Notes: a model not told the origin generated them from the sequence alone. Shown: positions 48,440-58,058, numbered from the stretch's first letter. The stretch: 64,000 bases of DNA from Candidatus Scatovivens faecipullorum (GCA_018715625.1 DVLG01000055.1:3694-67693), one strand, 5' to 3'. A program made the numbers and translations.

Positions 48440-51400
48440 ATGGAAGGAAAAGAAATTATAGATAATATCATAATTGGTAGAGTTGAGCCATATATTTATG
48501 CATTTACAACTAATACTGTGCCTAACTATTTAAAAATAGGTGATACATATAGACCTGTTAAAATTAGACTAAATGAATGGAAAAAATATTTTCCTGATTT
48601 AAAAGAAGAATATAAAGAAAAAGCTATGATTAATTCAGATGTCTTTTTTAGAGATTATTCTGTACATAAATATATTGAAGAAGAATTAGGAAAGGCAAGA
48701 TTAAAAGAAAAAGATATATCAAAAGAAATCTATTATTCAAATGAATTTTTTAAGAATGCTATAGATACAGATGTGAAAGAGGCTATTGAAGATATTAAAG
48801 AAAGTTATGAAAAAAATGATAATAAATATCAGTATTATGATGCTAACACAAGTCTTCCAGAAATATTTCAGTATAAGAGAGAAGAAAAAGAATGGCAGCC
48901 AAGACCAAATCAAAAAGAAGTAATTGAGAATTTTAAAAAGGCAAGAAAAAATGGAAGAAAAAATTTACTTATGTATGCAGTTATGAGATTTGGGAAATCT
49001 TTTACTTCAATGATGTGTGCAAAAGAAATGAATGCAGATTTAGTAGTAATTGTTTCTGCAAAAGCGGATGTAAAGCTTGAATGGAAAAGAAATGTTGAAA
49101 TCCCTAAAAATTTTGAAGGGTATAGTTTTATTACTGCTGAAGAATTATCGAGAAATAATAATGAAATAAGTGAAAGATTATCTAAAGGTGAAAAGGTAGT
49201 TGTATTTTTGACATTACAAGATTTGCAAGGTGATTTAATTAAAGAAAAGCATAAGGATTTATTTAAAAATAAAATTGATTTATTAATCGTTGATGAAACT
49301 CATTTTGGAGCAAGAGCAGAGAAATATGGTAAAATATTAGAAAGTACAAAATATGAAAAAGATATAAAAGATAAGCACCATAAAGAAGAAAGTAATATTA
49401 ATGACTTAAATGAAAATTTAAAAATTTTAGATGTTGATACGACATTACATTTATCAGGAACACCTTACAGAATATTGATGGGAAGCGAATTTGAAAAAGA
49501 AGATATTATTTCTTTTTGCCAATTTTCAGATATAGTAGAAGAACAAGAAAAATGGAATAATGAGAATATTTTAAATGATGAAATTAAAGAATGGGATAAT
49601 CCATATTTTGGTTTTCCACAGATGGTAAGATTTGCTTTTAATCCAAGCAAAAAGGCAAAAGAAAAATTAAAGGAATATCAGAAAAATGGATATACATATG
49701 CTTTTTCTGCTTTATTAAAACCAAAATCTATAAAAAAAGCAGATGATGATTCTCATAAAAAATTTGTAAATGAACAAGAAATATTAGAGCTTTTTGAAGT
49801 TATTGACGGATCTAAAGAAGATGAAAATGTATTGGGATTTTTAAATTATGACAAAATAAAGCAAGGCAAGATGTGTAGGCACATTGTGTGTGTTTTACCA
49901 TATTGTGCATCATGTGATGCATTAGAAGAATTAATAAAGAATAACAAGAATAAGTTTAAAAATCTAAATGAATATGAAATTATTAATATTTCTGGAGTAG
50001 ATAATTCTAATCAATATAGGACTATTGCTGAAATAAAAGATAAAATTAGAGAATGTGAAGAAAATGATGTGAAAACATTAACTTTGACAGTTAATAGAAT
50101 GCTAACAGGTTCAACAGTTGAACAATGGGATACGATGATTTATTTAAAAGATACATCATCTCCTCAAGAATATGATCAAGCTATTTTTAGATTACAAAAT
50201 CAGTATATTAAAAAATATGTAGATAATGAACAAAATGTTATAAAGTATAATATGAAGCCACAAACATTATTAGTGGACTTTGATCCATATCGAATGTTTG
50301 TATTACAAGAGCAAAAATCAAAGATATATAATGTAAATGTAGAAGAGTCTGGAAATTCATTGCTAGAGGAAAGGTTGAAAAATGAATTAAGAATTTCACC
50401 AATAATTACAATAAATAAAAACAAGATTGTAGAGATTGAACCTAAGAATATAATGGATGCCGTAAGTGAATATTCAAAAGAAAAGGGTGTAATGGACGAA
50501 GTAAATGATATTCCAGTAGATTTAAAACTATTAGAGAATGATGAAATAAAAAATGTTATAGATAGACAAGCTGAACTTGGCTCAAATAAAGGATTATCAG
50601 TAGATAATACCAGTGATGAAGATGGAGATGATTTAGATACATCTACATTTGATTCAGAAGATAATACAAATGGCGATACAACAGATAGTAATGGTAGTGA
50701 AGAAAATATAGAAATAAATAATGAAGAATCAGTAAATTATGAGAAAAAAATTCGAACATATTTTGCTAGAATATTATTTTACTCCTTTTTAACTAAGGAT
50801 GATGTTATTTCTTTACTTGATGTGGTTAAAAGTATTGATTACACTGAAGATAATAAGAGAATTGCAAAAAATCTGGGGCTAAATAGTATTATATTAAAAC
50901 TGATGAATGACAGTATGGACGTCTTTAAATTAAGTCAATTGGATTATAAAATACAGAATATCAATAAGTTATCACATGATGAATCATTAAAAACGCTAGA
51001 ACGAGCAGAAGTTGCAATGAATAAATTTAAAAAAATATCACAGTCTGAAATTATTACACCAATAAATGTATGCAAAAATATGTATGATTTAATTGATAAA
51101 AAAGAATTAATAGAAATATGCAATAATAACGGAAAAATTCTAGATATTGCTAGTAAAATGGGCGAATTTTCAATAGGATTGTATGAAGTATTATTAGAGA
51201 TAGGTCTTAGAAAGGACAATTTTAATAATATAATTTATTCAATACCAACATCTAGTATTGCATATGAGTTTACAAGAAAAATATACGATATACTTGGATT
51301 AAATATAGAAAATATTGCTCTATTATTTAATAGTTATGATTTATTAAGTATAAAAGATAGAGATGGAAATGTAGACTATAACGAACTAAACAATTATTTA

Positions 51401-52528
51401 TTGCAAAATAAAAAATTTAATGAAATAGAATTAGAGAAAAATATGTTTTATGTTAAAGGAGATGAAAGAATGAAATTTGATTTAGTAGTTGGAAATCCAC
51501 CATATCAAGAAGAATCAAATAGTAAAAGTAGTAGTAATGCTCAAAAACCAAGAACTAATATATTTCAACATTTTCAAGAACAGGCAATGTCTCTTACTCA
51601 TAATAAAACAGTATTAATTTATCCAGGAATTAGATGGATACATCAATCAGGAAAAGGGTTAAAAAAATTTGGATATAATTTAATTAATAATTGTAACCTT
51701 GAAAGAGTATCTTTTTATCCAAATGCCAAAGAAATATTTGATGATACAGATATACCAGATGGAGTAGCAATAGTAGTAACAAATAAAAATAAAAAAGATA
51801 GTGGATTTAAATATGATTATATTGTAAATAACAAAAGTGTTTCCTTGAAACAGAATAATCCAGGAGATGATTTATTAATTATTAATCCTAAAGATATAGA
51901 TATTGTTGAAAAAATTAAACAATTTGTAGTGAAAAATAATTTAACATTTTTAAGTAGTGAAATTTTGCCTAGAGGAGATTCTTTATTTGGTATAGATAAT
52001 GATTTAATTATAAAAAATAAAGAAAAATCAGAATTATTTAATGGACAAATCATTGACTATAAAAATAAGATTAAAGTGCTAACTAACGATAAACCTGGTC
52101 CAGCAGGAAGAACAATGTGGTTCGTAATTGATAAAGATTTAATAGCTAAAAATGTAAAATATATTTCTGAATGGCAGGTAGTTGTTTCTAGTGCACATCC
52201 AGGAGGACAGGATGGAAGAAATAATCAGTTAGCTATTGTAGATAATCATAGTGCTTTTGGTAGGGCAAGAGTAGCTTTAAAATCTTTTGAAACAGAAAAA
52301 GAAGCTAGTAACTTTAAGAAATATATTAATAGCAAATTTGTAAAATATGCATTATTATTAACAGATGAGGCTTTAACATCATTGGCAAAATATGTACCAA
52401 ATTTTAAAAATTATATAGATAACACAATAATTAACTTTTCTGAGCCAATAGATGTTCAATTATATCAATTGATTGGATTAACTGAAGATGAAATAAAATA
52501 TATTGAATCAAAAGTTAAAGAAAATTAA
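48440..52528 (+). CDS. fusion protein: GIY-YIG-like (T5orf172-type) domain + SF2/SNF2-like helicase + gamma-class N6-adenine DNA methyltransferase with Eco57I/TaqI-like C-terminal region
   Basis: 1362 aa. N-terminus YIYAF...YLKIGDTYRPVKIRLNEW...SNEFF. Helicase motif I AVMRFGKSFT, II LLIVDETHFG, III LHLSGTPYR, V/VI LTGSTVEQWD...QAIFRLQNQ. Acidic D/E/S/T linker. MTase motif X SEIITPINVCKNM, motif I-like KILDIASKMGEF, motif IV DLVVGNPPYQ. Confidence 0.7.
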   Translation: MEGKEIIDNIIIGRVEPYIYAFTTNTVPNYLKIGDTYRPVKIRLNEWKKYFPDLKEEYKEKAMINSDVFFRDYSVHKYIEEELGKARLKEKDISKEIYYSNEFFKNAIDTDVKEAIEDIKESYEKNDNKYQYYDANTSLPEIFQYKREEKEWQPRPNQKEVIENFKKARKNGRKNLLMYAVMRFGKSFTSMMCAKEMNADLVVIVSAKADVKLEWKRNVEIPKNFEGYSFITAEELSRNNNEISERLSKGEKVVVFLTLQDLQGDLIKEKHKDLFKNKIDLLIVDETHFGARAEKYGKILESTKYEKDIKDKHHKEESNINDLNENLKILDVDTTLHLSGTPYRILMGSEFEKEDIISFCQFSDIVEEQEKWNNENILNDEIKEWDNPYFGFPQMVRFAFNPSKKAKEKLKEYQKNGYTYAFSALLKPKSIKKADDDSHKKFVNEQEILELFEVIDGSKEDENVLGFLNYDKIKQGKMCRHIVCVLPYCASCDALEELIKNNKNKFKNLNEYEIINISGVDNSNQYRTIAEIKDKIRECEENDVKTLTLTVNRMLTGSTVEQWDTMIYLKDTSSPQEYDQAIFRLQNQYIKKYVDNEQNVIKYNMKPQTLLVDFDPYRMFVLQEQKSKIYNVNVEESGNSLLEERLKNELRISPIITINKNKIVEIEPKNIMDAVSEYSKEKGVMDEVNDIPVDLKLLENDEIKNVIDRQAELGSNKGLSVDNTSDEDGDDLDTSTFDSEDNTNGDTTDSNGSEENIEINNEESVNYEKKIRTYFARILFYSFLTKDDVISLLDVVKSIDYTEDNKRIAKNLGLNSIILKLMNDSMDVFKLSQLDYKIQNINKLSHDESLKTLERAEVAMNKFKKISQSEIITPINVCKNMYDLIDKKELIEICNNNGKILDIASKMGEFSIGLYEVLLEIGLRKDNFNNIIYSIPTSSIAYEFTRKIYDILGLNIENIALLFNSYDLLSIKDRDGNVDYNELNNYLLQNKKFNEIELEKNMFYVKGDERMKFDLVVGNPPYQEESNSKSSSNAQKPRTNIFQHFQEQAMSLTHNKTVLIYPGIRWIHQSGKGLKKFGYNLINNCNLERVSFYPNAKEIFDDTDIPDGVAIVVTNKNKKDSGFKYDYIVNNKSVSLKQNNPGDDLLIINPKDIDIVEKIKQFVVKNNLTFLSSEILPRGDSLFGIDNDLIIKNKEKSELFNGQIIDYKNKIKVLTNDKPGPAGRTMWFVIDKDLIAKNVKYISEWQVVVSSAHPGGQDGRNNQLAIVDNHSAFGRARVALKSFETEKEASNFKKYINSKFVKYALLLTDEALTSLAKYVPNFKNYIDNTIINFSEPIDVQLYQLIGLTEDEIKYIESKVKEN

Positions 52529-52563
52529 TAACAAGCAACATAAAGATAGAAAGGATGATTTAT

Positions 52564-54360
52564 ATGCCAAATTTTGAAGTGAATAATGTATCAGTAAGTA
52601 CTTTATTAGGATTTGTAAGTGATGAAACTATTGCTATTCCTGAAATTCAAAGGCCATTTGTATGGGATTCTACAAAAGTAAGAAATTTAATAGATTCGTT
52701 ATATAAAGGTTATCCAGTAGGATATATAATTACATGGAAAAGCCCAGATGTAAAATTAAAAGATGGAACATCTTCTGAAGGAAAACAAGTATTAATAGAT
52801 GGGCAACAAAGAATAACAGCATTAACAGCAGCTTTATTGGGACAAGAAGTATTGGATAGTAATTATAAAAAGAAAAGAATAAAAATTGCTTTTAATATAA
52901 AAGAGGAAGAATTTCAAACATTAAATCCTGCAATAGAGAAACAAGATGAATGGATACCAGATATATCAGAATTTATGAAAGATGGAAATATAGATACATG
53001 GCAATTTGTTACTGATTATTCAAATAAATATGAGATGAGTCCAAATGAGGTAAACAAAAGAATTAATAAATTATTAGCAGTAAAGAATGTTACTATCGGA
53101 AGAATAGAATTAGGTTCATCATTAGATATAGATACAGTTACAGAAATATTTGTTAGAATTAATTCTGAAGGTGTAGTTTTATCTCAAGCTGATTTTGCTA
53201 TGTCAAAAATAAGTGTTAATGAACAATATGAAGGAAACGATATAAGGAAAGCTATAGACTATTTTTGCCATTTTGCTAAAACTCCTGTTGATTATGATAA
53301 TATAAAAAATAATGATATTGAATTTAGCAAAAAAGACATATTTAAGCAAATTAAATGGATAAAAGATAAAAATGAAGATTTATATTTACCTTCTTATACT
53401 GATGTTTTAAGAGTGGCATTTACATATAAATTCAAAAGAGGAAAATTATCTGATTTAGTAAGTTTATTATCAGGACGTGATTTTGAAACTAGAGAATACC
53501 GTGAAGATATAGTTGAGGATAGTTTCAAAACGTTATATGATGGTGTGAAACAATTTGTAAATCAAAGCAATTTTGAAAGATATATTATGATATTAAAATC
53601 TGCTGGTATTATAGATGAGAGTTTGGTAAGATCTCAAAATGTTTTGAATTTTGGATATATATTGTATTTAGTATTGAGAGAAAAGAATATTGAGCCAAGT
53701 AAAATCCAAACTCTAGTAAGAAGATGGGTTGTGATGTCTATTCTAACTCAAAGATATACTTCATCTCCTGAATCAGCTTTTGACTATGATATTAGAAGAT
53801 TAAATGATAATCAAGATATTGAAAAGTATATTAGAGAGGAAGAAGAAAGACAATTAACAGAATCATTCTGGACAAATTACTTAGTAGATAGACTAAATAC
53901 ACCTGTTACAAGTAGTCCTTTCTGGAAAACATTTTTAGCAGCACAAATATTTTTAGGAGATAGAGGATTTCTATCAGATAGTATAAAAGTGCAATATCTG
54001 ATTGAAAATAGAGGAGATGTACACCATATTTTTCCTAAAGATTATTTAAAAAAGAATGGATATAACAATAAACAACAATATAATCAAATCGCAAATTTTA
54101 CTATGTTGCAAACAGAAATAAATATTGCAGTAAGTAACAGAGCTCCAAAGGATTATATGGCAGATATTAAAGCACAATGCAATGGAGAAGAAAATAAATA
54201 TGGATTAATTAATTCAGAAAAAGATTTATATAAAAATTTAGAAGAAAGTGCTATACCTAAAGATATAATTAATATGTCCGTTGAAAATTATGAGGAATTT
54301 TTACAGAAAAGAAGAGTTTTAATGGCTAATAAGATTAGAAAATACTTTAATAAATTATAA
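52564..54360 (+). CDS. GmrSD-like DUF262 + DUF1524/HNH protein (type IV, modification-dependent restriction family)
   Basis: N-terminal IPEIQRPFVW and IDGQQRITAL (DUF262 signature). C-terminal GDVHHIFPKDYL...NQIANFTMLQTEINIAVSN (His-Me/HNH-like DUF1524). ATG 52564 is preferred to 52555 on RBS spacing. Confidence 0.75.
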   Translation: MPNFEVNNVSVSTLLGFVSDETIAIPEIQRPFVWDSTKVRNLIDSLYKGYPVGYIITWKSPDVKLKDGTSSEGKQVLIDGQQRITALTAALLGQEVLDSNYKKKRIKIAFNIKEEEFQTLNPAIEKQDEWIPDISEFMKDGNIDTWQFVTDYSNKYEMSPNEVNKRINKLLAVKNVTIGRIELGSSLDIDTVTEIFVRINSEGVVLSQADFAMSKISVNEQYEGNDIRKAIDYFCHFAKTPVDYDNIKNNDIEFSKKDIFKQIKWIKDKNEDLYLPSYTDVLRVAFTYKFKRGKLSDLVSLLSGRDFETREYREDIVEDSFKTLYDGVKQFVNQSNFERYIMILKSAGIIDESLVRSQNVLNFGYILYLVLREKNIEPSKIQTLVRRWVVMSILTQRYTSSPESAFDYDIRRLNDNQDIEKYIREEEERQLTESFWTNYLVDRLNTPVTSSPFWKTFLAAQIFLGDRGFLSDSIKVQYLIENRGDVHHIFPKDYLKKNGYNNKQQYNQIANFTMLQTEINIAVSNRAPKDYMADIKAQCNGEENKYGLINSEKDLYKNLEESAIPKDIINMSVENYEEFLQKRRVLMANKIRKYFNKL

Positions 54361-54363
54361 ATT

Positions 54364-54417
54364 AAAGAAAAGCAAAATAATGATGTAGTTTTTTTACATG
54401 ATTATTTTGCTTTTTTG
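54364..54417 (+). terminator. terminator hairpin, copy 1 of a ~55-nt repeat shared with 59442-59498
   Basis: AAGCAAAATAATGATGTA / TACATGATTATTTTGCTT stem followed by TTTTG. AGAAAAGCAA.ATAA..ATGTA...ATTATTTTGCTTTTTTG is shared with the Fic terminator. Confidence 0.7.
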
Positions 54418-54431
54418 TGGGAGATGAAAAA

Positions 54432-54866
54432 ATGTTTAATAATAAGGAAATAGGTAATAAAATTAAAAATTTAAGAAAAATAAATGGATATACTCAAGAA
54501 GAAATAGCGGAAAAACTTGATATAGGAGATAGAATTAAAATATCAAGAATAGAAAATGGCAAGCAAAGTATGACTGCAAATGAAATGATCAAATTTTGTA
54601 AATTATTAAATATTAGTTTGGATAGTTTGATTAATAATGAAAATTTGTCATCTGAAGACTTTATAGATATATCAAAAAGATATATTTTTAATGAAAAAGT
54701 TGATATTGAAGAACGAAAAGAAGTGGTAAAAAAATTATATATTGAATTAGCTAATAAAGAATTATCTAATATTGATATGTATAACCAGATGAACAAAAAT
54801 AATTCAAAAGTTAAAGAAAGTTCAAATAATGCAATAGAAAAATATAAAATTGATGATATAATTTAA
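54432..54866 (+). CDS. XRE-family helix-turn-helix regulator with a C-terminal extension
   Basis: IGNKIKNLRKINGYTQEEIAEKLDIGDRIKISRIENGKQSMTANEMIKFCKLLNISLDSL. ATG 54432 is preferred to GTG 54417. Confidence 0.7.
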   Translation: MFNNKEIGNKIKNLRKINGYTQEEIAEKLDIGDRIKISRIENGKQSMTANEMIKFCKLLNISLDSLINNENLSSEDFIDISKRYIFNEKVDIEERKEVVKKLYIELANKELSNIDMYNQMNKNNSKVKESSNNAIEKYKIDDII

Positions 54867-54883
54867 AATAAGAGGTGAAATGA

Positions 54884-56545
54884 ATGAATATTGTAGAATT
54901 ATTAAAAGCAAAGGAAAACACGGTTACATTATTATATTATGGGAAAAATGATATGGCTAGTGGATTTCAAGTTAAAACATTAATTGATAATTTTGATGAT
55001 ATAAATAATTATTATAATACTAAAACACTAAAAATTGATAATTTAGATGATTATATAGATTATATTTTTATTGATACATTTTCACAGCTAAAAGAGATAT
55101 TACCAATGGTGCGAGACGATTTAAAGAAAAAAGTATCTACAGCAATTAATGATATAATTGCTGTTAAAGAAAGGTATAAAAAAAGAGATATTAATAAATA
55201 TATAAAAAATAATTATGAAATTATTTTATCAAGGGAAAAATTGAAACAGTATGAACTTAGAGCATATGAAATAATTGAATATTCTTTAAATTATATAAAG
55301 TCAAATTTCCAATATTTTAAAGAAAACTATGAATTATACAAATATATTGTTGAGAACTATGCATATAAAATATTTTATAATTTTAATGATTATAGAGATA
55401 TTTTTATGAAATATCCTGAATTAAATGATGTACTATTTTCAAAACAAATAATAGAAGGACAAATGTCTACAAAAATAAAGGACTTAAAAGATGCATTAAA
55501 AATGATTAAAAAGAACAATGTAAAACTATTTAAGGACAGTATAGGAATAGTATATAATATGGTAAAAAAAAGATCTTTTAATACTGATATCGAAAAAGTT
55601 ATGTATACTTATGATGATATAAAAGAAACAATGAGACTATTTGAGGCTCTTGGAGAAAATGCATTATATGACGAATTTAATGAGGAATTAAAAAAACAAG
55701 ATATAATTTTGAATGATTATATAGTAAAAAATGGATATCATTCAAAATTTGAAATAAGCATAAATGATTTGGTAAAAGTATTTGAGGATGAAAAATTAAG
55801 TTGGGAAATAAAATCATTGATGATAACACATACTAGAAGAAATAATAAGATGTGCAGTAGAATCCAATCTGCCATTGAGAATAAAGTTCAATCACAACTA
55901 ATAGATAAGATTGGTTCTACTAATATAGATGTAAATGATTATTTTACGTATTCAGTTCAAAATCATTTATCTATAACAATGATATTAGGAAAGTTAATGA
56001 TAAATTATATGCTTTCAGATGATTATAGATTTAAAGAGTTAATTAATTATATGTTTGCAGGTATAGCAAATTATATTGAACAAAATAATATTGACATTCC
56101 AAATATAGATGATGATTTTAATATGTTGAATTATGCACTAAAAAATTTATTAATTGAAAATCAAAAAGAAGAAAGAGATAATTTAGTTTGTGAATACTGG
56201 AATTATAATGTATTACATTTAAGTATTGGAATTATAGAAAAAGTATTAAGGGAAATATGTTATAAATTTATAATTGTAAACAAATATATACCATATAAAA
56301 ATTTAACAATAGATAATATTTTGTCATTGCCAGAAACAGAAAATTTCATGGGACAAGCTAACATTAGAGCTTTTAGATATTATTTAACATCTTATAATAC
56401 TGTTGGAAAAAATTTAAGAAATGATATTTGTCATTATAATAATAATATAAAGGAAATCTGCACATATGAAAATGTATTAGAAGTAATTTACATTCTTTTA
56501 ACAATAAGTAATGAATTATTATTAAAAATTATAGAAAAGAAATAA
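54884..56545 (+). CDS. large helical protein with a DUF4209-like / HEPN-motif C-terminus
   Basis: 553 aa, AGAGGTG RBS, 17 nt after the XRE gene. C-terminal ...RAFRYYLTSYNTVGKNLRNDICHYNNN (LRN and R-x4-H). Confidence 0.5.
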   Translation: MNIVELLKAKENTVTLLYYGKNDMASGFQVKTLIDNFDDINNYYNTKTLKIDNLDDYIDYIFIDTFSQLKEILPMVRDDLKKKVSTAINDIIAVKERYKKRDINKYIKNNYEIILSREKLKQYELRAYEIIEYSLNYIKSNFQYFKENYELYKYIVENYAYKIFYNFNDYRDIFMKYPELNDVLFSKQIIEGQMSTKIKDLKDALKMIKKNNVKLFKDSIGIVYNMVKKRSFNTDIEKVMYTYDDIKETMRLFEALGENALYDEFNEELKKQDIILNDYIVKNGYHSKFEISINDLVKVFEDEKLSWEIKSLMITHTRRNNKMCSRIQSAIENKVQSQLIDKIGSTNIDVNDYFTYSVQNHLSITMILGKLMINYMLSDDYRFKELINYMFAGIANYIEQNNIDIPNIDDDFNMLNYALKNLLIENQKEERDNLVCEYWNYNVLHLSIGIIEKVLREICYKFIIVNKYIPYKNLTIDNILSLPETENFMGQANIRAFRYYLTSYNTVGKNLRNDICHYNNNIKEICTYENVLEVIYILLTISNELLLKIIEKK

Positions 56546-56554
56546 GGTGGTTTA

Positions 56555-57553
56555 GTGTTTGAAAATATATTAAATGAATTAAATAATTTAAAATGTTATA
56601 ATTATAAGATTGATATTCCAGTGGATGAGGAAGGCTATATTGATAAAGAATGTCCAAATCAAGAGTGCTTATATCAATTTAAAATTTTTGCTGAAGATTG
56701 GAAAAATATTTGTAAAGATGAAGCGATATACTGTCCAAGATGTGGAAAAACGGCTACATCAGATAAATGGTTTACAACAGAACAAATAGAAGAGAGTAAA
56801 AAAAGAGCAATAGAATCTATAAACTATAGAATTGGTAGTGCATTAGAAAAAGATGCAAGAATTTTTAATAGAAAACAAAAAAATAATTTTATAAAATTAA
56901 ATATGAAGGTATCTGGATTTAAAAAATTTGAGAATAATTTACCTTTATCATGTAAAGAATTAATTGAACAAAAAGTAGAATGTAAACATTGTCATACCAG
57001 ATATGCTGTTATTGGTTCTGCATTTTATTGTCCAGCATGTGGGCAAAATTCAGCAATTAATACATTTGAAGAATTTATTAAAACAACATACTCAAAATTA
57101 AATAATTTGGATAGAATTAACGACGCAATAGAAAACAAGGATGATGCTAATAGAATAATAAGATCTTTGTTAGAAAGTATTCCAAATGATTTGGTAGAAT
57201 CAATACAGTGCTTAAGTGAAGCTGTATATGATTCGTTGCCAAATAAAAAGATATTAAAGAAAAATCTTTTTCAGAGAATTGATGATAGCAATAAGCTATG
57301 GAAAGAAGCTGTTGGCACTTCATTTGAAAATTGGTTAACTAATAATGAGTTTGAGAGGATGAAAGTATATTATCAAAGAAGGCATCTTTTAATACATACT
57401 AATGGAATTGTTGATGAAGAGTATTTAAATAAAACAAATGATAGTAATTATAAAGTTGGAGAAAGAATTGTTTTTGATCAAAAAAGTGCATTAGAATTTA
57501 CTAATATTATAGAAAAGGTAGGAGAAGGAATAAAAAAAATAAGTGAAGAGTGA
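56555..57553 (+). CDS. double zinc-ribbon protein with a C-terminal HEPN-like helical domain
   Basis: 332 aa, GTG start 9 nt after the upstream stop (AAGGTGG RBS). CPNQEC...CPRCG and CKHCH...CPACG ribbons. C-terminal YYQRRHLLIHTNGIVDEEY (R-x4-H). Confidence 0.45.
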   Translation: MFENILNELNNLKCYNYKIDIPVDEEGYIDKECPNQECLYQFKIFAEDWKNICKDEAIYCPRCGKTATSDKWFTTEQIEESKKRAIESINYRIGSALEKDARIFNRKQKNNFIKLNMKVSGFKKFENNLPLSCKELIEQKVECKHCHTRYAVIGSAFYCPACGQNSAINTFEEFIKTTYSKLNNLDRINDAIENKDDANRIIRSLLESIPNDLVESIQCLSEAVYDSLPNKKILKKNLFQRIDDSNKLWKEAVGTSFENWLTNNEFERMKVYYQRRHLLIHTNGIVDEEYLNKTNDSNYKVGERIVFDQKSALEFTNIIEKVGEGIKKISEE

Positions 57554-57782
57554 TGATAATGTTTTTCATTACAGGCAATGTTAATTTACAATTTAAAAGA
57601 TATAACGAGGATAGATTTCTAATATACGCTGAAAATGCATATAAAAAGTATTTCTAAACAAACTGAAAATTTGCGGAAAATTAAGCTAATTTAACAGGAG
57701 TTTTGTGACAAAATTACAGAATGCAAATTCAAAAAGTCACGAATTGAGAAGGTTTGAAAACAAGTAAATAATAAAAAACAAA

Positions 57783-57826
57783 AACTCTAGTTATACTAAT
57801 TTATAAACTAGAGTTCTTATTTTTTC
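57783..57826. terminator. bidirectional terminator
   Basis: AACTCTAGTT (57783-57792) / AACTAGAGTT (57806-57815), with A-rich sequence before and T-run after. Confidence 0.65.
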
Positions 57827-57869
57827 TTTAAATTCATATAAAGCGCCTATTCCTTTCACATAAATTTAT

Positions 57870-58058
57870 TTAGAAAAATGAAACTATAAATTTCAAATAT
57901 TCTTTTTGAACAAAATTAAGATTATAATTTTTATCGATTTCATTAGATAAAGTTTCTTTAATGCAATCCTTGTACGAAATATTACCATATGATGCATTAT
58001 AATAGAAATTAATTTTGTTCAGTAAGTTATAATTTGAAATCAAATATAATTCCGCCAT
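57870..58058 (-). CDS. small hypothetical protein
   Basis: 62 aa. Strong AAGGAGGTG RBS 6 nt upstream of the ATG on the minus strand. No family. Confidence 0.45.
   Translation of the reverse strand: MAELYLISNYNLLNKINFYYNASYGNISYKDCIKETLSNEIDKNYNLNFVQKEYLKFIVSFF

Noticed and set aside
57558-57656. 32-codon ORF (MFFITGNVNLQFKRYNEDRFLIYAENAYKKYF) right after the zinc-ribbon/HEPN gene.
   Set aside because: It is very short, has no convincing RBS, and conservation cannot be assessed. It is noted only as a possible small partner peptide.
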